The notes under the pieces: generated by a model
Database searches by the model: none
The model's input: the letters and a program-made list of their open reading frames with translations, nothing else
What the model was told of the DNA's origin: nothing
Shown: in pieces, positions 17,364-27,636 of the stretch
Numbering within the stretch: position 1 is the stretch's first letter
Layout of the letters: each line of letters begins with the position of its first letter
Translations under genes and position numbers: made by a program
Origin: a virus
Lineage: Duplodnaviria; Caudoviricetes
DNA: 45,482 nucleotides
Virus record (IMG/VR): IMGVR_UViG_3300048856_000132
Coordinates: 1-45,482 of that record
Reading direction: 5' to 3' (one strand)

Positions 17364-18872
17364 TTAAGCCGCGGCGCGGAATTGGCTGTAGAGCGTCGCG
17401 TTGGCGGCGATCACGTCGAGCGGGTTCACCCGGTCGATCGGCGCGTAGACGTCGACGCGGTTCGGGTTGTCCGCGTTGCGCTGGACGTCGAGCTGCTGCA
17501 GGAACGCCTGCGAGTTCTCCAGCACGCCGGGCATCGAGCGATAGGCGGCGACGAAGGTGTTGGCGATGTCGGCCGTTGTGGTGACCGCCAGGAGGTTGCC
17601 GGGGTTGCTGTCGGCAATGGCTTTCTGGCCGTGCTCCGCCTGCAGCCGCGCCCGGAAATACCGCAGCACGTACATGAGCTGCCCCATCGCCTGGATGTCG
17701 CGGAAGGTCGTGTCGACATTGCCGGCACCGTCGGTGCGCTGCATCGTGATGAGCTTGTCCACCGCCACGCTGCCGTCGCTGCGCACCGTCCAGGTCGACA
17801 GGCCAGAGCCGAGGAAGGCGTCGCGCGTCGCATAGTCGTTGAACCACTTGGTCCGGTCGCGCGGCGCGCTGACGCCTTCGACGACAAGGCCGGTCTGGTT
17901 GCGCGACACGTTGCCGGTGACGCCGTCGGACAGCCAGGAGGTGACCCGCGCCGCCATCGCCGCAACGAACACCCAGGGCAAGGTCGCGTTGCCGGCATCG
18001 GTCAGCCGCGGAATGAGCGTCACGTGCCGAGTGTCATAGCCGAGGCCGAACGTCGTCAGCTCCGAGGTCGTCCCCGTCATCGTGGTGTAGAGGTGCCCAT
18101 AGGACTGCCGGTTCCACGCCCACCGGCCCGACACGTCGGAGAGGAGCGTGCTGTAGCGGCCCATGTTCGTGGCATCCGCGAAGGGCGAGACAATCCAGTC
18201 GAACGGGTCGTCGCCGAGCGCTGCAAGGCCCGTCGAGAGATCGGGAAGACCGGTGCCCGGAACGGTCGTGGCGAAAGTCAGGATGCCGGTGAAGGCGTTG
18301 CCGGAGGCGACGACCGGAACATGGACGTCGACGGTGCCGAAGATCGCGCCGAGATGGCGCGCCGTCAGCGTCACGACATTCGTAGCGGCCGCGGCGGTGA
18401 ACGGCAGCGCCGACTTGGTCAGGCTGTCCTGATAGCCGTTGATGGTGGCGGCGAGCGTTGCCGCGACGGTCGTCGCCGTGTCGCCGGCACCGATGGTAAT
18501 CGCGATCACCGCGTCGCCGATCTGCACGACGGCATAGCCGCCAGCGGCCGGGACGGCGCCAACGGTCATAGTGCGGACTTCCGCCGTTCCGACCGGTGGG
18601 GCCGCGAGGATCCAGATATCCTGCGCGGGCGAGTTGCGCCGGGCGGCAATCACCATCTCGGCCAGCATCGATCCCTTGCCGGCGATGGCGATGGCTTCGG
18701 TGACGTTGTTGCAGCGCGTCGGGACATTGTCGGCGAGAGCCGCGCCTGTGTTCTTGTGTCCGATGAGGAGCAGCCGGGAAACGCTCTCGAACTGCCCGCC
18801 TGAGTTCACCTCGAAAGCGAAAATCGGCGCCCGGACATTGCCGGGGATGCTGTTGAATCCGATCGCCATCAC
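17364..18872 (-). CDS. Tail sheath protein (Mu gpL-like)
   Basis: IPGNVRAPIFAFE, GKGSMLAEM, GRW..RQSYGH, RNADNPNRVDV..P.D.VNPL. Confidence 0.93.
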   Translation of the reverse strand: MMAIGFNSIPGNVRAPIFAFEVNSGGQFESVSRLLLIGHKNTGAALADNVPTRCNNVTEAIAIAGKGSMLAEMVIAARRNSPAQDIWILAAPPVGTAEVRTMTVGAVPAAGGYAVVQIGDAVIAITIGAGDTATTVAATLAATINGYQDSLTKSALPFTAAAATNVVTLTARHLGAIFGTVDVHVPVVASGNAFTGILTFATTVPGTGLPDLSTGLAALGDDPFDWIVSPFADATNMGRYSTLLSDVSGRWAWNRQSYGHLYTTMTGTTSELTTFGLGYDTRHVTLIPRLTDAGNATLPWVFVAAMAARVTSWLSDGVTGNVSRNQTGLVVEGVSAPRDRTKWFNDYATRDAFLGSGLSTWTVRSDGSVAVDKLITMQRTDGAGNVDTTFRDIQAMGQLMYVLRYFRARLQAEHGQKAIADSNPGNLLAVTTTADIANTFVAAYRSMPGVLENSQAFLQQLDVQRNADNPNRVDVYAPIDRVNPLDVIAANATLYSQFRAAA

Positions 18873-19075
18873 TTGGCTCCAATCTTGGCATGGTCAGGCT
18901 TGGCAGGCTCTTCGTCGGGGATCGCCACGACGCTGCCGTCCGCGATGATTTTCGCGTGCCAGGGGTTCATGGGATCGAGGGTCTCGCCCTCGCTGGCGGC
19001 GCTGAAGAAGACGCCCGGCCCGCGCTCGGGCATGGGGATGCGGTCACCCTTTCGGGCGAGCTTGTATCGCTGCAT
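18869..19075 (-). CDS. DUF2635 / Mu gp38-like small protein
   Basis: IPMPERG..W..IIADGSVV pattern, immediately upstream of the sheath. Confidence 0.7.
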   Translation of the reverse strand: MQRYKLARKGDRIPMPERGPGVFFSAASEGETLDPMNPWHAKIIADGSVVAIPDEEPAKPDHAKIGAK

Positions 19076-19092
19076 GGGGAGGCTCCGAAGGG

Positions 19093-19791
19093 CTACGGGG
19101 TGGGGAAGATCTCGACGTTTGACAGGTCGATGGACTGGAGCGGCGTGCGCGTCGTCGATGCGAAAGCGGCATCGAGCTCGGCGAGCTTCCCCTTGGCATA
19201 GGAGCCATCGGGAAGCGCCAGGAAGAGCGACTTCATCGGCTCGGGCATGCCGCCATCGTCGGTGAACTTGTCGTCTTTGATCCGGCAGGTGAGCCGCATC
19301 GTCGAGCGCATCCACCGGATGTCGAACTGCGGCAGGCCGAATGGTTCGATGCGCAGATCCTCGACCGACCCGACGATGGAACGGAAGATCGACCCCGCCT
19401 CGGCGAACACCAGCGCCTTGCGCACCTGCGCACAGAGCGCGCCGAGAACCAGCTTCGCCTGCGCGTCATCCTCGGCCAGCGGGACGATCTGCGTCTCACC
19501 GTCGTCGTCGGTCACGGAGACCGCCAGTTCTGCAATCACCACCAGCACCGCCGAGGCGCTGCCGATCGTCGAAGGAGCGATGTCGCCGCGCCGCTCGATC
19601 CGGATGTCGTCCGTGAAAAGCGAGAGGCAGGGCGTGTAGGCCGCGCCGACATCAATGTCATCCGGCAGGATGCCGGCGCTGTCGTAGACGCGATAGCCGG
19701 CGAGTGTCGGATACCCGGCATCGGCGGCCCGCGCGGCGGTCGGGCACAGCGCCTCGAAGGCGGCCAGCCGCATGGCTTCGGCGGAGAGCAT
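19093..19791 (-). CDS. Putative tail terminator/neck protein
   Basis: PTLAG.RVYDS motif; position. Confidence 0.6.
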   Translation of the reverse strand: MLSAEAMRLAAFEALCPTAARAADAGYPTLAGYRVYDSAGILPDDIDVGAAYTPCLSLFTDDIRIERRGDIAPSTIGSASAVLVVIAELAVSVTDDDGETQIVPLAEDDAQAKLVLGALCAQVRKALVFAEAGSIFRSIVGSVEDLRIEPFGLPQFDIRWMRSTMRLTCRIKDDKFTDDGGMPEPMKSLFLALPDGSYAKGKLAELDAAFASTTRTPLQSIDLSNVEIFPTP

Positions 19792-20183
19792 CAGCGTGCC
19801 TTGTTGAGCCAGATGACGACGCGATCCGTGCCGTCACGGTCGGGTGCCGAGGCGATGGAATAGGTGACGTCGCCGACCACCAGACGGTCGCCCTGCCGCG
19901 GCATCCAGGGGAAGATCGTTGCCAGCGCCGTCAGGCAGATCTTGGCCGTGTGCCGGTTGCCATCGCTGCTGGACGTCGGCCGCATCGTCATGCCGATCGC
20001 GTCCATCTGCGGATCTATCTCGATCGTCGCCATGAACGCGAACGACGCCCGGGATTCGTCAGGCACCGGCTGCGCATTGACCTCGCGCGCCGGCTTCTTC
20101 ATTGCGACCGCCGTAACCAGCGTCTCGTCGAAGTACCCGGCGACGGCGGCATCGACCGCCGCGAGGTTGCTGGACCAGGACAC
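19791..20183 (-). CDS. Putative head-tail joining (head closure) protein
   Basis: PRQGDRLVV..Y.I..PDRDG motif; position. Confidence 0.65.
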   Translation of the reverse strand: MSWSSNLAAVDAAVAGYFDETLVTAVAMKKPAREVNAQPVPDESRASFAFMATIEIDPQMDAIGMTMRPTSSSDGNRHTAKICLTALATIFPWMPRQGDRLVVGDVTYSIASAPDRDGTDRVVIWLNKAR

Positions 20184-20186
20184 GGC

Positions 20187-20420
20187 CTACTTGGCCTCGA
20201 TCGCCTTGATGATCTCGGCCTTGGTATCGGTGGCCTTGACCTCGACGTTGCGCTTCTTCGCCTCGGCGAGGAGTTCATCCTTCGTCATGGCGTCGAGATC
20301 AGCAGGGGCGGTGCCACCGCTTTCCACCGAGATGTCGTCGGACTGGGGACCGTTGTGATACTGGCCCGCCTTCCGAAATTTGCCGTCATAGAAGCCGGCC
20401 TCGGTAACCATCTTGCCCAT
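20187..20420 (-). CDS. Small capsid-adjacent protein with HeH/Rho-N-like domain
   Basis: LDAMTKDELLAEAKKRNVEV..TKAEIIKAI. Confidence 0.65.
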   Translation of the reverse strand: MGKMVTEAGFYDGKFRKAGQYHNGPQSDDISVESGGTAPADLDAMTKDELLAEAKKRNVEVKATDTKAEIIKAIEAK

Positions 20421-21445
20421 TACGAAGCCCTCCCCGTCTGGAGCATCTCGGGCCGCGTGCAGATGAACAGCGGGTAGCTGTAGATCTCGATGCGGTCCCA
20501 GGCGTCGCGGCCGGACGTGTCGGCCAGAAGGAGGCCGTAGTATTCGCGGGCGCGCTGGTTGAGATACGGCTTGAATTCGTTGGCCGGCGAGAAGCCGACC
20601 TTGAATGCGCCGCGCATCCCGACCGGGAAGAACCGCACCTTGTCCGTGGCGATCGAGATGGTCGATCCGTCATCCGTGCCGCGGAAATTGATGAAGGTGA
20701 TGCCCTCGAAATCGACGGCGCTGAAGCCCTCGACACCCTCGAGGTCTGAGGCCCGATCGGTGTTGAGCTTGGTTTCTTTGTACTGCTTGTGGTTAACGAG
20801 CAGGTCGAAGAAGGTGTCGCCGCACAGGGCTACGATGCGGGCGCCGGGGTTCCACATGCCTTTCGCCGCCAAGATCATCGCGCGCTTCACATCACGGCAC
20901 TTCTTGCGGATGTCGGTGGTTTCCGTCGTCAGCGCAAAATTGATCTCCGTCGGCGCCGAGATGCCCCAGAAATCGTACCAGTCGATGATCGTGGTGCCGT
21001 CGGCATCGAGCACCTTCCCCTGGATGGCCCCGAATCGCATGTGCTCCCAGGTCAGCTCCAGATCGATCATGATCTGCTGAGACCGATCGGTGACCTCCTG
21101 CGTCACGTCGCGCGTCTGCACGTCGAACGGCAGCGCGGCTACCCCGGCCAGCTCAGCCGCGTAGATGGTCGAACCTTTCGCAAGACGCGAGGTGTTGAAG
21201 GTGCGAAGCCGCGAGCCTTCCGGGGTCAGCTCCTCAGGCGGGGCGCCCATTTCCGAGGTCGGGATCATGGTCATCGTGCGATCACGCTCGGCGATCGCGA
21301 TCGTGCGCGACCGCGAATAGATCGGCTCGAAGATATTCAGGCCACCAAGGAGCTGCGGCCGGAATTCCGTCCGCTCGATGACTTCCTCCTGGAAGTCGAC
21401 CATGCCCCAAGCGTTGCCGGCGAAAATGTCTGTGACGAGTGCCAT
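20420..21445 (-). CDS. Major capsid protein (lambda gpE family)
   Basis: 341 aa; TWEHMRFGAIQGKVLD, SYPLFICTRP. Confidence 0.92.
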   Translation of the reverse strand: MALVTDIFAGNAWGMVDFQEEVIERTEFRPQLLGGLNIFEPIYSRSRTIAIAERDRTMTMIPTSEMGAPPEELTPEGSRLRTFNTSRLAKGSTIYAAELAGVAALPFDVQTRDVTQEVTDRSQQIMIDLELTWEHMRFGAIQGKVLDADGTTIIDWYDFWGISAPTEINFALTTETTDIRKKCRDVKRAMILAAKGMWNPGARIVALCGDTFFDLLVNHKQYKETKLNTDRASDLEGVEGFSAVDFEGITFINFRGTDDGSTISIATDKVRFFPVGMRGAFKVGFSPANEFKPYLNQRAREYYGLLLADTSGRDAWDRIEIYSYPLFICTRPEMLQTGRAS

Positions 21446-21457
21446 GTGCGCGGCTCC

Positions 21458-21847
21458 TTAGCGGCCAATGACGCCGGCAGCCGCCAGGGAGGCGAGCGCA
21501 GCAGTCTTCTGGTTGTCAGTGGTGCCCTCGGCGAAGACGAGAACGTCGGCGTGAACTTCGCAGTCGCGAACGGTGACGGTGCGGCGAACATCCGCAGCGG
21601 TTGCGTCACAGCCCTCCCAGAGAATGGCGACGGCCGTCTGCGTGCCATCGGACGCGGCAGGCGCCAGCGGCTTGTACTTGCCCTTGGTGGCGCCGTCCGC
21701 CGTGATGCGGCCGAGCACGGTGGCCGGCTTGACGATGCCCGAGCCGGAGGCGATGACGCCCTGCTCGCGCGAGCGATACATGCCCGCAGCCTCGGAAACG
21801 AGGTAGTGCCCGGCGCCGGTGAACCGGTCTTCAGTGAGAATGGCCAT
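21458..21847 (-). CDS. Head decoration protein (gpD-like)
   Basis: SRE..I..G..TVLGRIT..GKY..A.DG.QTAVAIL. Confidence 0.88.
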   Translation of the reverse strand: MAILTEDRFTGAGHYLVSEAAGMYRSREQGVIASGSGIVKPATVLGRITADGATKGKYKPLAPAASDGTQTAVAILWEGCDATAADVRRTVTVRDCEVHADVLVFAEGTTDNQKTAALASLAAAGVIGR

Positions 21848-21861
21848 CTGTCAGACCTCCT

Positions 21862-22911
21862 TCAGCGACGCTTGTTGGTGCGGGCTACTGCCGCGGCGAG
21901 AATGGACTTGTCGCCCTTGGCGGTCGGGCCCTTCCCGCCGTTGACGTTCAGGCCTTCGCCGTTGAGGCGCCGGCTCTCGTGCTCCTTCGCCGGGTCGGGC
22001 TCGAGAGACGCGGTAGCCTTGGCCGAAACAGCCAAGGTGGCTTTGGCCTCGTCGATGCTCTTGCCGGTTGCATAGAGATGCTCGGCGAGCGGCTCGCGGC
22101 CTTCAGCCTCCGGCAGCGCCATAATGGACGCGCGGCGGTCACGATCGGCCTTGACGGCATCGAGCGCGGCTGTCGACATGCTGGCCTTGATGGTTGCGAG
22201 TTCGGCGGCCAACTGGTCCGCCCGTTCTTTATCCGTCATGGATGGCTCCTCTGTCTGACGGGGTTGCGCGGCGGACTTTGCCGCTGCCTTGGCATCTGAA
22301 AGACGCCAATTCTTCTTTGCTGCGAGGGCGGTAAGCCGCTGCGGAGCGTGCGCGTAGGCGCGATAGTCGAAGGCTGCGACAGGCTTTGCCTTGTCGTCCG
22401 AGGTTTGGTCAGCGAACCCGTCGGCCACGGCCTCTTCCGGCGAGTACCAGCGCTCGGCCTTCATGATGGCCCGGCACTCCTCGGCGGTCTTGCCTGACTT
22501 CGCCGCGTAGACACGGGCGTAAGAGGTCGCCAGGGCGTCGAGCATCTCGATCGTCTTGCCGTGATCGTCGACGTTCCCGACGGTGATCATCGCGGGATCG
22601 TGGATCATCATGACCGAGCCGGCGGACATGGTGACGGTGTCGCCGGCCATCGCGATCAGCGAGGCCGCCGAGGCCGCCACCCCGTCGACAACGATGTCGG
22701 TGACGCCGGCGCGCCGCGTCAGCAGGGCGTGGATCGCCGCGCCTTCGTAGGCAACGCCACCGCCCGAGTTCAGGTAGACGGTCAGCGGCGCATCGTCTTC
22801 GATCTGCGCCAGGGCGAGCACCACGTCGCCGTGTGTGAAATGGTCGTCGAACCACATGTCGCCGACGTCGCCGGAAAGCGTCAGCTTCCCGCCGTCAAGA
22901 ATTGCAGCCAT
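21862..22911 (-). CDS. ClpP-type prohead protease with C-terminal scaffold
   Basis: LNSGGG, DGVAASAASLIAMAGD, MMIHDP, EAVADGFAD. Confidence 0.92.
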   Translation of the reverse strand: MAAILDGGKLTLSGDVGDMWFDDHFTHGDVVLALAQIEDDAPLTVYLNSGGGVAYEGAAIHALLTRRAGVTDIVVDGVAASAASLIAMAGDTVTMSAGSVMMIHDPAMITVGNVDDHGKTIEMLDALATSYARVYAAKSGKTAEECRAIMKAERWYSPEEAVADGFADQTSDDKAKPVAAFDYRAYAHAPQRLTALAAKKNWRLSDAKAAAKSAAQPRQTEEPSMTDKERADQLAAELATIKASMSTAALDAVKADRDRRASIMALPEAEGREPLAEHLYATGKSIDEAKATLAVSAKATASLEPDPAKEHESRRLNGEGLNVNGGKGPTAKGDKSILAAAVARTNKRR

Positions 22912-22921
22912 GGAATGAACC

Positions 22922-23221
22922 TCAGTAGGGCCGTGCCCGCGCCGCCATGGCGTATCGGGTCCGGCGTTTTACGCCGCCGCTTGTCTTCGCTTCGCACTCG
23001 GCCTTGGCCTCGGCGAGCATGTCGTCGAGATCGGCTGGCTTGGACCCGGCGGAGAACTTCGTCCGGCGCGTGGTCAGCGGCGACCGGATCTCGAACTCCT
23101 CGACCGCGCCGCCGGTGACGAGCTTCACCCGGTATGCAAAGAGCGCGACATACCGGGCGCACGGGTCGTTGATATCGACGAGCTTGCCGTCGATCAGGAC
23201 CAGGTTCGGCGTGTCGCTCAT
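22922..23221 (-). CDS. gpW-like head completion protein
   Basis: DPCA..L..Y..L.TGG..E..R..F..L...A..C pattern; ATG 23221 coupled to the portal stop. Confidence 0.6.
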   Translation of the reverse strand: MSDTPNLVLIDGKLVDINDPCARYVALFAYRVKLVTGGAVEEFEIRSPLTTRRTKFSAGSKPADLDDMLAEAKAECEAKTSGGVKRRTRYAMAARARPY

Positions 23222-24870
23222 GCTGCCACCGGTGTCCGGTTGCCCTCGGCGGCCGCTCCTTGCGGGCCCGCCCCGCCGCCGGTCTTTCGCCCGAACGGAA
23301 TCGGCATGTTCGCGGCCTCCATGTCCTTGATCTCGGCAGCGATCTGGGTGCGGATTTCCTGCGGGTTCTTGCCCAGCGCGGCGCACTCGTCGGCGACCGA
23401 GGAGAGGCAGAGCTCGAGGCGCTTTTCGGCTGCCAGCATGTCCTTGTAGGGATCAGCACTGGGCTTCTCCGGCCCCTGGAACTCGGCTTGGAACACGCTC
23501 TCCTTATCGCGAAGAAACGCCTGCGGCCCGCCCTTGAACGGGATGCGCCGCTCGACGATCTCCTCCTCGAGCCAGCGCTCGTAGATCGCCTGGACGAAAG
23601 GAGCGCAGATCCGCGACCGGCGCCGCAGCACGACCGGCCAGATGCAGGCCATCGACATCCGGACGCTAGAATACGTCGCGTTCGAATGATCTCCGGTGAA
23701 GCTCTCGAAGGTGATGCCGAGGCACCGCGCCATCTCGCGCTGCAGGTTCTGGCTGAACGGCAGGTAGTTGCTGCCGGGCGTCGCCGCGGTGTGGAATTTC
23801 AGCGACTCGCCGGGACCGGTGTGTGCAACGCGCGCCGCATCGGCAAGGTTGATGCCTCCGCCCTTCAGCGAGTCGATGCGCTGACCCCAGACCTCAATCA
23901 GGTCCTGCTGGATCCCGCCGACATAGTTGGCCCAAGAACCGACTTCGCCAGACCACCCCGCCGGCTGCTCGGTGTCCGCCAGTGTCTGAATGGCCTGAAA
24001 TGCGACCTCGCTCGGCTCCGGGCTCTCGATGGTCGCCGCGAAGATGGTCTGCAGCAGCGCGGTGGCGAGCGTGGCGTCCGCCAGCTGGTCCGACTGCGCC
24101 CCAACCTTGAGGGCCGGCGTCATTGGCGAGATGCCGCGCGGGGCGTTCAGATTCTCACCGCGGTCCATCACATGAATCACATCGACCGCTGGAACGTCCT
24201 TGTCACGATCGATGCCATCCGATGCCTCGCGGAACCGGAAGTACTGCGGCCGCCCGAAGCTGTCCTTGATCACCCCCTGATCAATGCCGTCGAACAGATT
24301 CGTCGTGCGCCGGCACCGGTGCGGCGCGACCAGCGATACCTTGATGCCCGTGGTGACACCGAACTGCCGGCGCTGTGTTGCGGTGAGATAGTCGAGAACA
24401 CCGAAGGCTTCACCGGCGGCGAGATAAGACCGCAGCACGCCGTCCAACATCTCGGCGACGGTCGACACGCCTGCGAGGTCGCACTCCTTCGGGTTCCATG
24501 ACCAGCGCCGCCACGCCGCTTCGACGTCGCGGCACCAGGCGTTCGCATCATCCTCGGAGTAGCCGAACTTCTTCAGCTGCGCTCGGCAGTTGAGCTTCAG
24601 CTCCTCACCGACCGTGTCGCACAGGATCTGCACTGCGGCGCCGGCGAGCCATCCGCTGTTGTGCATGAAGTCGATGGCCAGCGCCGACGCCCGCTCGGCT
24701 GCCTCGAAGACGTCATGCTTGGCGTCTCGGGTAACGGCCCGCCGCATCGCGAGGATGCCGGACTTGTCGCCCCGGAGGTACCGGGCGGTCGCCTTCTTGA
24801 CGGGCGCAACCGAAGTCGAGGGTGCGGCGGCCCTCGCCTTCGCGCGAGCCTTGGTCTTTGCGGCGGTCAT
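23218..24870 (-). CDS. Portal protein (lambda family)
   Basis: VIHVMD..RGISP, ARCLGITFESFTGD.S..YSSVRM, DPYKD. Confidence 0.93.
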   Translation of the reverse strand: MTAAKTKARAKARAAAPSTSVAPVKKATARYLRGDKSGILAMRRAVTRDAKHDVFEAAERASALAIDFMHNSGWLAGAAVQILCDTVGEELKLNCRAQLKKFGYSEDDANAWCRDVEAAWRRWSWNPKECDLAGVSTVAEMLDGVLRSYLAAGEAFGVLDYLTATQRRQFGVTTGIKVSLVAPHRCRRTTNLFDGIDQGVIKDSFGRPQYFRFREASDGIDRDKDVPAVDVIHVMDRGENLNAPRGISPMTPALKVGAQSDQLADATLATALLQTIFAATIESPEPSEVAFQAIQTLADTEQPAGWSGEVGSWANYVGGIQQDLIEVWGQRIDSLKGGGINLADAARVAHTGPGESLKFHTAATPGSNYLPFSQNLQREMARCLGITFESFTGDHSNATYSSVRMSMACIWPVVLRRRSRICAPFVQAIYERWLEEEIVERRIPFKGGPQAFLRDKESVFQAEFQGPEKPSADPYKDMLAAEKRLELCLSSVADECAALGKNPQEIRTQIAAEIKDMEAANMPIPFGRKTGGGAGPQGAAAEGNRTPVAA

Positions 24871-24883
24871 GATGGTCCTGTCG

Positions 24884-26911
24884 CTAGTAGGCGCCCCACT
24901 TTGAACGCGGCCGCTTCGGGGCGGATGGTGAAGATGGTGCGGAAACCGGAGCCGCCAGCGGCGGCCCCGGCACGGTCGATGCAGCAGGCGCCAGCGTCTC
25001 AGGCTGCTCGGCCAGGATACTCTCGGGCGACAAGAGGTCCGGCCGGGTGGCCGGCTGAAGACGAGCCCGCAGTCGCGCCCATCCGTCAGCAGTGAGGCGA
25101 GACAACCCGAGATGCTCGGCCATCGCCATCGCGTAGATGCGGCAGTCGAGATAGTGATTGTCTTTCCTGACCCGCTTCCACTCTTCGATCAGCCGCCCTT
25201 TGACGAGCTTCTGGTCGAAGTACTCGGCGGTGATCTGCCTGAAGAAGTCCTCCTGCAACCAGCTGCCGAAGTGGCAGTAGCCAGGCGGGTCCTTGGCCTC
25301 GCCGGCCACCAGGCCCTTGCGGTGCAGATTGCCGTAGAATTCCGACTTCAGACCCCATGTGCCGACCGGCCAGACCGTGCCGCTACCGTACTTCTTCAGC
25401 TTGCCGCGGCGGTCGATGGTCACCCGCTGCGCCGTGCCGATGGCAGGAATGCCGCGGCCGTGCCGACCCTTGATTGCATAGGCGCGCGGTCGCTGACGGC
25501 ACCACTCATAGACCTGCGTCGTCCGACCGCCGTCGCCGGAGTCGACCGCCAGGGCTTCGATCTCCCGCTCACAGCCGAACGCATCCTCAAACTTGCGGGC
25601 CCGGAACTCCTCGAGCAGCGGCCATGCACCCTCGCTCGGATTGTCGGTCGTGCCCGGCAGGAAGGCTGCATCGACCGTCCAGGTTTGGCGGTCGGAGGAG
25701 AAGGCGACGGCCTCAACAAAGATGCCGTCGTGCTGGATATCGGCGCCGGCAACGAAGATCAGCCCGTCCGGCGGCACCACTCCTTGTGGATAGTTCTCGC
25801 GGCGCTCCATCAGGCGCTGATGATCTGGCGCGTTACCGCGCATGGCATAGGGCAGCGCCAGCACCAGGTTCGCGAAGTTCTTTGACCCTGCCTCGCCCTT
25901 CGCCTCGGCTGCAAGGAAGTCCTCGGCGATGGCCTCGTACGACATCATCAGCGAGATGAAGGCGTCAACATGGAAGCCGGGGTGGCGATCCGGCCCGGCG
26001 AGGGTTGGGATGAAGCGACCCTGCCGAACCAGCACCACCCGTTCGGCCTCGTCTATCACATGGCCGCAGGAGGTGCAGGCATAGAAGCTCTTGTGCGGGT
26101 GATCCCGATCGATGTGGAAGCCGTCCATCGTTTGGACAATCTCCTCATCGCAGGCCGAACACCGGATGTGGAAGAAGCGCTGATCCGACCGACGGAACGA
26201 GCGATCGACCCGGCAATGCCCGGGGCCCTCCCCGAGTTCATCACCGCTATCGAGTTCGGGCGTCGATATCTCGAGGATCTTGTAGCTCTTCTGGCGCCGA
26301 AAGGCGGTGAAACGGCCGAAGAACAGCGCCTCCGGATCGTCGCCGTTCGGCGTCTCCGACCACTTAGAGACCTCGTCCTTCACGCCATAGCGGCTCGTCT
26401 TCATGGACAGGTCCATGACCGAGTTCGCGTTGGCGAGATTGATCGAGCCGCCGGCGAACCGCTTCTCGTAGGTCGTTGACCCCGTCCCTGATCGGCTGGT
26501 GACGGGAACGATGATCCGCTTCCTCGTTTTCTTCTGCCATTCGTCGATGAGCGGCTGCAGCTTCTGCCCGTTGATGTCCTGCAATGCATCAATGCCAGGC
26601 ACGGCGTAGAGCATGTTGTCCGGGCAGACCTCGGCAATGTAGAGAGCCCAGGCGAGAGCTAGGATCGAACACCCGGTCTGCTGGCCCTTACGGACGGTGA
26701 TAAGATTTGCCGGGTGCTCCTGGCTGAGGCAGTCGGCGATCTCGAGAAGATACGGCGCATCGGCGGCTGTCCACAGTTCGCCTTTGCGAGGCCCGTCGAC
26801 CAGCACGATGTTCTCGCCGAGCCAGCGGCTGAACGGCACCGGAGGCTGCGGCCGGATGGCTTCGGCAAGCGTTGCGGCGACGCCCCGCAGCGCGCCAGCA
26901 TAAGCGTTCAT
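24884..26911 (-). CDS. Terminase large subunit (lambda gpA family)
   Basis: KGQQTGCS Walker A, VKDEV Walker B, ISTP, CxxC pairs, GADIQ, DSG, NHYLDCRIYA. Confidence 0.95.
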   Translation of the reverse strand: MNAYAGALRGVAATLAEAIRPQPPVPFSRWLGENIVLVDGPRKGELWTAADAPYLLEIADCLSQEHPANLITVRKGQQTGCSILALAWALYIAEVCPDNMLYAVPGIDALQDINGQKLQPLIDEWQKKTRKRIIVPVTSRSGTGSTTYEKRFAGGSINLANANSVMDLSMKTSRYGVKDEVSKWSETPNGDDPEALFFGRFTAFRRQKSYKILEISTPELDSGDELGEGPGHCRVDRSFRRSDQRFFHIRCSACDEEIVQTMDGFHIDRDHPHKSFYACTSCGHVIDEAERVVLVRQGRFIPTLAGPDRHPGFHVDAFISLMMSYEAIAEDFLAAEAKGEAGSKNFANLVLALPYAMRGNAPDHQRLMERRENYPQGVVPPDGLIFVAGADIQHDGIFVEAVAFSSDRQTWTVDAAFLPGTTDNPSEGAWPLLEEFRARKFEDAFGCEREIEALAVDSGDGGRTTQVYEWCRQRPRAYAIKGRHGRGIPAIGTAQRVTIDRRGKLKKYGSGTVWPVGTWGLKSEFYGNLHRKGLVAGEAKDPPGYCHFGSWLQEDFFRQITAEYFDQKLVKGRLIEEWKRVRKDNHYLDCRIYAMAMAEHLGLSRLTADGWARLRARLQPATRPDLLSPESILAEQPETLAPAASTVPGPPLAAPVSAPSSPSAPKRPRSKWGAY

Positions 26912-27501
26912 GCCTCGTCCTCACTGAAGGCCTCGTCCTGCATCGGCGAGTCGCTGGCGATAGCGGCAAGCTTGTCGGCAATCGTCGAGCTGAGTTCGAA
27001 CGCGATCTCGCGGAGAAGGACCCGGAGTCCATGAACGCCCTCGCGCGAGACGGCGACGGCAAGGTCGTCGGCGCGGTTCGGCAGCTTTCCGATCGCGCTC
27101 TGGATCTCGCGGCCCGTCATCGCCAGTGCCTCGACCGTGCGGTCTGCCCGGAACAGTTTGCCTCTCTCCTCTGCTTGGCGAATCCGCTCCCGTTCAACCT
27201 TCAGCCACTCGCCGAGACGGCGGGCTTCCTCGAAGCTGTCGGCCGAGCCGCCAGCGGATGGCCGCGGAGCCGGCTCGGTCCGCTGCTCGACGATCTTGGC
27301 CGGGTTGGCGAACTGAGATCGATGATGATCCCAGTGCGCGACCGACACCCTCGCGATCCGTCCGCGCCCGTCGCGCTCGACCGGTATGCCGTGATTTTGG
27401 ACCAGGCTCTGGACGACCTTCGAGACCGCCTGTCTGGAGATGCCGCCGCGTTCAGCAATCTCGGACACCGTCAACATCACTTTCGGGGCTTCAGCTTCCA
27501 T
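26908..27501 (-). CDS. Terminase small subunit (Nu1-like, N-terminal wHTH)
   Basis: TVSEIAERGGISRQAVSK HTH; coiled coil; coupled to terL. Confidence 0.82.
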   Translation of the reverse strand: MEAEAPKVMLTVSEIAERGGISRQAVSKVVQSLVQNHGIPVERDGRGRIARVSVAHWDHHRSQFANPAKIVEQRTEPAPRPSAGGSADSFEEARRLGEWLKVERERIRQAEERGKLFRADRTVEALAMTGREIQSAIGKLPNRADDLAVAVSREGVHGLRVLLREIAFELSSTIADKLAAIASDSPMQDEAFSEDEA

Positions 27502-27520
27502 CGCGATGCCTCGGTCATTC

Positions 27521-27636
27521 CTGTCAACGCGCCTGTCAGTCTGTCAACGCTGTCAACTCAAGCTAAACCCCTGAATTACTGGCAGGAATCCGCGCTCCGC
27601 CGGGACCGCGGGGGATGGGAAAGGGGGTACGGTCCC
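27521..27636 (-). other. Predicted cos site (cosQ-cosN-cosB-like)
   Basis: CCGCG-[GTCCCGGCGGAG]-CGCGG at 27611-27590; GGGACCG 23 nt before the predicted nick; four CTGTCA(AC/GT) repeats at 27521-27557. Confidence 0.72.

Noticed and set aside
13137-18803. Long + strand ORFs (13137..14705, 14282..15676, 17085..18803)
   Set aside because: Arg/Pro/Gly-rich shadow frames opposite well-supported tail genes
9273-18872. Transposable Mu-like phage
   Set aside because: Only the tail is Mu-like; no MuA/MuB; tyrosine integrase and cos packaging are present
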